Source: Basidiobolus ranarum (lineage: Eukaryota). Taken from it: a stretch of 41,892 nt of DNA. The notes beneath the pieces were generated by a model. That model had not been told where the DNA came from and ran no database searches. It saw only the letters and a program-made list of their open reading frames with translations. Each line of letters starts with the position of its first letter. Position 1 is the stretch's first letter. The DNA lies in NCBI GenBank assembly GCA_040143965.1, contig JASJQH010006911.1, positions 1-41,892 on the forward strand, given 5' to 3'. The translations under genes and the position numbers were made by a program. This document shows positions 34,876 through 41,892 of this stretch, piece after piece.

Positions 34876-36211
34876 CTAATACCACATGGATGACTGCGCT
34901 CCCTGGTCGTTGCTCTCATCGTCTAGTTGGATTTGAATTGATCCGAGTTTATCTTGAAGGATATGGAGGGCGGTGAGAACAATATCCTCGGGTTTTAATG
35001 ATCCAACGGTCTTGGGGGAAGCGATTTATTAGCACGAGTAAAAGCGACGAAATTGGAGTGACTTTACCTCAAAATCCAAGTAAAATTTGTCTGGTTCACC
35101 TTTAAAATCGAATGCTACAAATTACAGTGTGAATTCAAGTAATTCATTGTAACATATAAATCTAAGACACATTACGATCGTTTGGAGAAGGCTTCTCTTC
35201 GAATTCACCATTTTTACTCACCGGCCTGTTGACGAAGAAATCCTTCACTAAGTTGATCAGTTTCATTCGTCCGATGAGGAATTCACTTACCATTCTTTCT
35301 CCGCATCTTCTTCTATCCACCAACGTGAATGACGAAGTTTATTCCAAGGATCATATTCGAATCCAACACCACTGATGGGACTCCACTTTGCATGCTCTTT
35401 AGAGACCCCCTTTATGATATACACGAGTTTGTAAATAATCTCATATTATCACATAGAAGTTCAATAGCTTACCTTTTTGGCCACACAATTCAACTTCAAC
35501 TCTTGTCCCTTTCGGAGTTTCACAATAAGAATCCCATTGTCTTCTGGACCTGAGAAATGAAGATATTAATTGACCATGGTCGTTTGTGGACTATTGTAAT
35601 AACATATCATAAATGTCTTGTTAACCTGATACCACTGGAATAATTCTAGGGTCGTTGCTGACCAGATCTTTACTGGTTATATCGAGGGTATTGTTACCAG
35701 TACATTTCACATCCAAAGTTAATTCGACCGAACAGTTCGAACAATACTGAGAACAATTACAATCCTACCAAAACGAATGAATGAGTAAAATTCGAGAAAA
35801 GCATTGAATCAACTACGAAAAAACATACCCTAGTATATTTTATTCTGTCCACTTCGTTACTATCCAGAGGAATCATGCCTAAACGATGAGCTATAAACTC
35901 ATCAGCCAAAACTGAAGTATTAAGCTCGATTTCCACCATATCAATCGCTACAGTGTGTAAGGAAATAATAAACCGTTAACATAAAACTCATATAACTTTA
36001 TAAATATTGGCTTACCTATGGTAGGAACCTCGGCGATCATAACTCGACGAAGTGCATTTGCTACACTAGTGGAAATATACGTTAATGTTGGAAAGGCTAC
36101 TTTGTCTGTATATTCATACCTAAGATCGGTATGTGATAGAATGAAATCTATTCGGTCCTCAGTAATCTCCCGGATGTATACTTCAGGGCCACCACTACCA
36201 GTACGTTCCAT
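34876..36211 (-). CDS. RPB3: RNA polymerase II subunit RPB3, multi-exon
   Basis: [53 protein letters not shown], zinc site [40 protein letters not shown] at 34876-34878. Confidence 0.97.
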
Positions 36212-36562
36212 TTTTAACAATATAGGGTTTGACTTGGGTAGCAAGTATCCTTAACAAAGCTAATATCATTAATAATGGATTAAATATTCTTCAGAGCGGC
36301 ATCTTTATTAATGTATATATAAGTAAAAATCCAATTTAAACCACTAAACCTTATCTCTTGATCCATCATCATTTGAGGTTGGGGATATATATATAATAGA
36401 AAGTCACATTTAGATTATGTGATGTCTAGCCATCAATGTCTCACATATGAATTATACGTATACTGCTGTTGGTTGCTAGGGGATATAGGTATGACGATTG
36501 ATAGAGCCAGATAAAATTGTATAGTCTAGGGATGTATTAGCTCGCCTTATTGCTCTTATTTT

Positions 36563-37978
36563 ATGGAGAAAAAACGGACAGCACGTTCAAGGGCTACAAA
36601 TGACCAAGAGGAGATAATAGTGTGGGAAAAGGTATGTCGTGAGTTAGGAAAAGTAGAGCAAACACGAAAGGAGGGTGGTGGTATATTTTCTCAAATCAAT
36701 TCACTTCATAAGTTGGTGGACGACGAAGGTAAACGAAAGATACTCTTTCCTTCTCTACTTCCATTATGACTATGGTTCACGGCCCTGTTAACCAAAGATA
36801 ATCTTGTAGGTGTAGTTTCGAATATAAACTGTAATCTTCACAAACTTTACACTGAAGGAAAAGAAAACTTGAGTAAAGAGCAAAAGTATTTGCATTTCTA
36901 CCCCTTCTCTTTATAATTATCGACTTGCGAGAAAAAATTCACTCGTACTGTTCTGACCTCCTTTTTTCTTTCTAAAAGGCTGATCTCCACTGCTCTAGAG
37001 CACCTTGAGATATTGATAGCGTTACGTGATGCACCTACCGATATAGGTATTTAACCCAGCTCCAGATAATGGCCGCTGACATGACAGTCTAAAACTTCAT
37101 GGAATATATTCAGATGGTGTTAGGCGTAAGAAACGAAAGAATGAAGGAGAGAATACCGGCGCAGTTACAAATGTAAAAAAACCAAGAAGGTCATATCTCA
37201 TTGGTAAACTGTACTGAGCTTCACCCGCTTTTCTAACCTCGTTAACACGAAATGTATTCATTTTGAATATATAGCCCATTCAAACCCCAATTTGAGAATG
37301 GAATCATACCCAAGCGAAGCTATGTTAGTATATATACTCAACGATTCCTCTATTAATCTCAATAAACTTGGACCCTCTCATCATGCCCATCTTGACGTAG
37401 GTAGCAGCCAAGACACCCAGAATTAAAGACAAGAGTCAAGAGTGGATCCTGGCGGTGGTCTTGCAATATTTCCCCGAGAAAAACAAGTGAGTTCCAAAGC
37501 ATCTTTATTAAAACTTGACTCTTATCTGAAAATTTCTCAGATACCAAGTAGAGGATGCTGATGTGGATGAGAACGGGAAAAGAATGTGGGAAGGCATTTG
37601 AGTTATTCGCACCCTTAGTAGTCGCTGACAATCCTAATGTTGGTAGGAGGTACAATTTGCCGCCACGTAACATCATCCCTTTACCCGAGGAAGCTGTTCT
37701 TGAGGAATATCCAGAGTTCGACATTAACCATGTTGTACTGGCACTGTATCCAAACACCACCTGCTTCTATAAAGCCATTGTAGTGCTTCCGCCTAGCAAG
37801 GTACATCTTCACTGGACTATTAGCGATCAGTCCCGTACTTACCCTGATCATATTGTAGGTAAAAGATAAAGAATACCCAGGAAGCTATCGTGTGAGCTTC
37901 GAAGATGATGACGATGTAGACAGATTCATTCCAGCAATCTATGTTGTAGAAATGCCCAAGAACACGAAGCCCAAGTGA
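36563..37978 (+). CDS. SGF29: SAGA subunit Sgf29 (coiled coil plus tandem Tudor, H3K4me reader), multi-exon
   Basis: VAAK...EWILAVV...KYQVEDAD, YNLPPRNIIPLP, VLALYPNTTCFYKAIV, YRVSFEDDD; TGA at 37976-37978. Confidence 0.92.
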
Positions 37979-38197
37979 TCAAGATGTTGTTTATCCTTCA
38001 AATCAACTTTCCAACTCTTAATATTGTACTTCACTATTATCCATTCATCAAATCTATCTGATTGGTCTATCAATAAATTCATATTGGTTTATCAATATTG
38101 TCTCAATGAATAAGATATACAGAAACGAGATACACTAGTATAAGCCATGTATTTCCTGATTTTCTTGATAATCAAGGATAACTCATTCTGAACAAAC

Positions 38198-39795
38198 ATG
38201 AGTAGCCACTCATCTGCTAATTATCCTTTAGAGCGAGAATTGTTCCCCACCATTGTCAAAGATGCGTATCGTTCGTTGATCGACGTTGAGATATGTAGTA
38301 TTACTGTAAGTTTCAGTACAGCCTAGTTGTCCGAAAAGCAAACCAGACTAAATCGGTACTTTAAAAGGATAACAAGTTTGTAGATCTTTCACAAATCAGT
38401 ACACTAGGACCTTTCAAGGTATATGCTAAGATACCTCATAGTGAGGTTTCACCTGAAGGTATTTGCTCTCTATACTATTCTAGTGAAGAAAGGGCAACGG
38501 ACGAGTATATAGAATGGATATATCCTGACTTTACTCTCTTCTACGTTTTCTGTGAAGTTTTATGTTATTAACTCCACTTGAAAATTTTAGTTCTGAGGAA
38601 GTATAAGCACGCAGTCACCCCATATATCTCCATACAAATCCCGGTAATCTCGGAATGGAGTTTGCAATTCTCTTCAGGTCAAACAGGAATCTGGATACGT
38701 TCAGAATCGGCTTGGTATGTGGTGGAGGTAAAGAAATATTTCCCTCACTTTTCACAAGCATTGGGGGAAATCTTGTGCGTCAGGCCTTTCTGTATGCTAA
38801 TATACTTGCTCTTAGAATGTAAGCTCAAAATACCAAGCTGTTTGGCAGTCAACTAGAGAAAAAGCAGATATTCTAGGTGAGGGATATCATTAGTACAATG
38901 TGAATATAATCAATGCTATAATTTATTGAACATATTGGTTCGCGTTGTTTGTATTGTGTAGGATACATCATTAATCTGCTTACCAATGTGCCAACCGTCG
39001 GATCCACTTACGACGAAGTTATTCAATCGGTAAGCAGCAACTACTGACAGTTCACATGGTTCATTGATAACTAATGACTGTAATGCGCATCTTCTAGGTG
39101 GCTAATTGGCTTCCGACCTCCAAAGACTTGGTCATTCACAAATTGATGGAGTATGGGGATTTTATCTCTGCACAACTTCAATTGCAACCGAAAACCATAC
39201 AGAGGACCGCATTCTATACCAAATTCATGAAAGAGGTAAGTAAATCGGTTTGTCAAATGAATTACATGTTAAACTAATGTTGCGCAGTATCAAATCTTTC
39301 AAGACAGTCAATACAGTAATGCAAGAAATATATTCAGAGAGGTTCGCATCACTCTCTCTACCTTATTCGCCATACACTTCGACTCACTTTCATCAAACTT
39401 AGTGTCCGTCAGTGTCGTTCGATCAAGATGGGATTTGGAGGTGCCCATTAAGCGATTGCTACACAGTGTTCGTTAATCTCGAAGGCTCCGATGACATATA
39501 TCATACCAAGATATTGCCGCACTTGAACGAGCATCAACAGCTACTGGAGCACAAGGTTGGCCACAAGGATGGGAGATCATTGAACTTGGTACGTGGAATC
39601 ACGTGCATAAACATTCAACAAACACTGACACATTACTTCCCATCTAGTCAGAGCAACAGACAAATAACGAAAATCGCATCAGGTAAAGTGACATTCGATC
39701 CAAATGCCCTGGTGACATGCTTTGCTCACCTGTTTCGTTGAATTAGATTACTCGTAGAGTCCTTGGAGCAGGAAGTTCATCAACCAACAGTGTGA
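38198..39795 (+). CDS. Stand-alone RFTS (DNMT1-RFD) domain plus C2H2-like zinc finger protein, Raf2/DIM-7-like, about 10 exons
   Basis: Spliced: ...ISEWSLQFSSGQTGIWIRSESAWYVVENVSSKYQAVWQSTREKADILGYIINLL...STYDEVIQSV...LMEYGDFISAQL... then DGIWRCPLSDCYTVFV...ILPHLNEH. No methyltransferase domain before the TGA at 39793-39795. Confidence 0.72.
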
Positions 39796-39937
39796 ATCAG
39801 ATAGAACAAGTATTATATCACATAGACATAGCAACCCCAATAAACCACACATCTTGATCCCTTGAGCAGCACTATTTATTTTAGCATATATATGTTGTTT
39901 CTTACAATTGATAACGGTGGCTTTGGTGAAGATCGAA

Positions 39938-40975
39938 TCACTCCAGCACTTCCTTCACCTTTTTGACCCAGTTGGTGGTACTACCTGGTGGTTGGACATA
40001 TCCAGAATAGTTGAACCCACGTACAATTCTACTATTGAACTCGACCTCCCATTGATTAGTTAGCTTTACCAAGCGTTCTTTCGCATTGGCATGCCATCTA
40101 GACCACCCATTACTAAGTATCATAAACAACTCGCATCTCAGCTCCGAATTATCTCCCGTCTCTTCCATGATATATCTCTCTAATGTCTCCAATAACGAAG
40201 CTTCCCCCTTCTCGAAAAGAAGTTCCGAATTCTGAATTAGACTGGGAAGCAGATGCTTTCGATTCAACTCGAGATCTCCATCGAGATTGGGTGGATTCAC
40301 ATATTTCATAATGAAATCATAATGCTCACGTGGAGTAAGACTTCTAGATACTCTTAAGAAACGCTCGAAATCGGAACTCGAAAGCTCCCATAAATCATCC
40401 CATAATATCGCACGAGGATCACGTTGTAAAAAATTGAAACATGCCTCCAGTGAGTTCTCTAAAGAATAAAAACTAGCGAAACTAAATAAATCAAACCAAT
40501 TGTTGATGTCAATCTCCACTACTTTCATTAACAACGTGTCAGCTTTCTCTAACAATCCATCGACTAAGAATCGATGGGCAAGTCCAATAATCACTTTAAG
40601 GGTTGGTGCAGAAACATGGTCCAAAATATCCTCGTAAGCATATAAATATTTCAAAAACAATTCAAATTCCTCCGCGTTATACCTAAAGTCACTGCTTTAG
40701 AGTGGATATTGTTGCTTTACTTTGGTAAACTCACTTGAAAATACCACTTACCTAGTAACATAATCCTCTTCTACCTTTGGACAACTCAAGTCAATCTCCG
40801 TATTGTTCAGCTCCAAGAACATCCCTTTACTGTTGAAAAGGGTTCGGAAATAGTCGCTATGGAAACTAAGCACGTACTTTTGTAAGAAGAAACACCGTTC
40901 ATCTACACGGAGTATCACGTCACTGTAGGTTTCTAAGTTGTATAGGCCTTGAATCAGTTGGTCAGTCGACTTCAT
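39938..40975 (-). CDS. BTB/POZ domain protein with BACK-like helical region, 2 exons
   Basis: YSDVILRVDERCFFLQKYVLSFHSDYFRTLF...EEFELFLKYLY...LAHRFLVDGL...IDINNWFDLFSFASFYSLENSLEACFNFL; intron at about 40683-40751. Confidence 0.85.
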
Positions 40976-41372
40976 TATCAATGGAGAAATGGAACTCAAA
41001 GTATAAAGAAGAGTTGATGATGAAAGAACGTCCAAGCCCTGGATATAACTAGAGCACTTCAAATCACGACTTCGCAGTCCTATATTACTATTATTCCTTA
41101 ACCCCTAGCGCTTTGTGACTGGGTTCTGTTGTTTCATCTACTGACCGATTAGTAGTGTATTTCAATTAAATATACTACATTCGATCTCTTTACTCCCTTA
41201 TCACATGCAATTGAATTGTTTGGTAAAAGCAGGAATTTGAATCCAATAATTTATTCTAAATGAGAGGGGTTAACAAAGAAAACCCACCCACATAATTGTA
41301 TATATATATTAGTGGTATCAGTTCGTTGTCGATAATTTCCGTAATTTTCGATAATTAGATGATTTGCAATCA

Positions 41373-41790
41373 TTAAAGCATGACCAGTGCCATCTTTTCA
41401 TTTTCGATAGGTGGACATCTCCAGTTGTAAAGATAATAATTGAGATAGCCATCGCCAGGGCCAAATTTCAATTCTTCAATGAAGTCCATGTTATGCATGA
41501 GTTCGAGTGCATTCATGACGTCGAAGCCAGCCTAAATGGAAAGATTTCTTGGATTAGCATGACAAAGTAAGGAGCGTCTGCAACATATGCTTACGTTTTT
41601 GGCCAATATCAAGCCATTACGAACTAGCATTTGAAGACGTTGGGCGTATTCTTTGCTTCTGGGAGAATCTTCTTCGCTATCATTGATTCCGTTATCCAGA
41701 TTGGTTGCGTAGTAATATAGATACGCAGCGTTCAATGTCTTGTGCTTGGGATTGCCAAGAACTGAGCTTGGTAGCGAATAGATATTCTCT
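41373..41790 (-). CDS. NMT1: Glycylpeptide N-myristoyltransferase-like, C-terminal two exons (partial, divergent)
   Basis: [25 protein letters not shown]...[45 protein letters not shown]...ALVML*. The rest of the gene would lie beyond the window end. Confidence 0.85.
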
Positions 41791-41892
41791 AACAAAATTT
41801 GAATATTATGTCAGATTGATTACTCTATGGAATTGCCCTAACTTTTAATACCCACAAAAGAAACTGTCTGTATCAAGTGTCACAAAGATAAA

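Noticed and set aside
38459-38590. ATATCCT inside intron 2 of the RFTS gene as a possible AT-AC U12 donor
   Set aside because: It would require an upstream intron of about 25 nt and has no matching branch site or AC acceptor. The plain GT-AG intron keeps the frame.

Overview
Gene-dense, intron-rich, AT-rich eukaryotic nuclear DNA from a fungus. Introns are mostly about 55-110 nt and GT-AG. An early-diverging (zygomycete-grade) lineage is inferred from the intron density and a retained U12-type intron. A CenH3 gene is present, which argues against Mucorales. Manual splicing gives 18 protein-coding genes, in order: RPL2 (3' end), STT4 PI4-kinase, an Atg38/NRBF2-like gene, arginyl-tRNA synthetase, an mL46-like Nudix protein, Scc4/MAU2, CENP-A, a Phafin-like PH-FYVE protein, protein L-isoaspartyl methyltransferase, ACSF3-type malonyl-CoA synthetase, a Fus3/Kss1 MAPK, Nup2/Nup50, TAF12, RPB3, SGF29, a stand-alone RFTS + C2H2 protein (Raf2/DIM-7-like), a BTB protein and the 3' end of an N-myristoyltransferase-like gene. 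I saw no tRNA, rRNA, transposon or CRISPR. The most notable items are the RFTS-zinc finger gene, a minor-spliceosome intron in the MAPK, an mL46-like protein with an intact Nudix box, a Phafin-like protein with a degenerate FYVE pocket, and an Atg8-interacting motif in Atg38. I cannot demonstrate a wholly new system from this sequence alone. All homology calls are by eye, without database searches.
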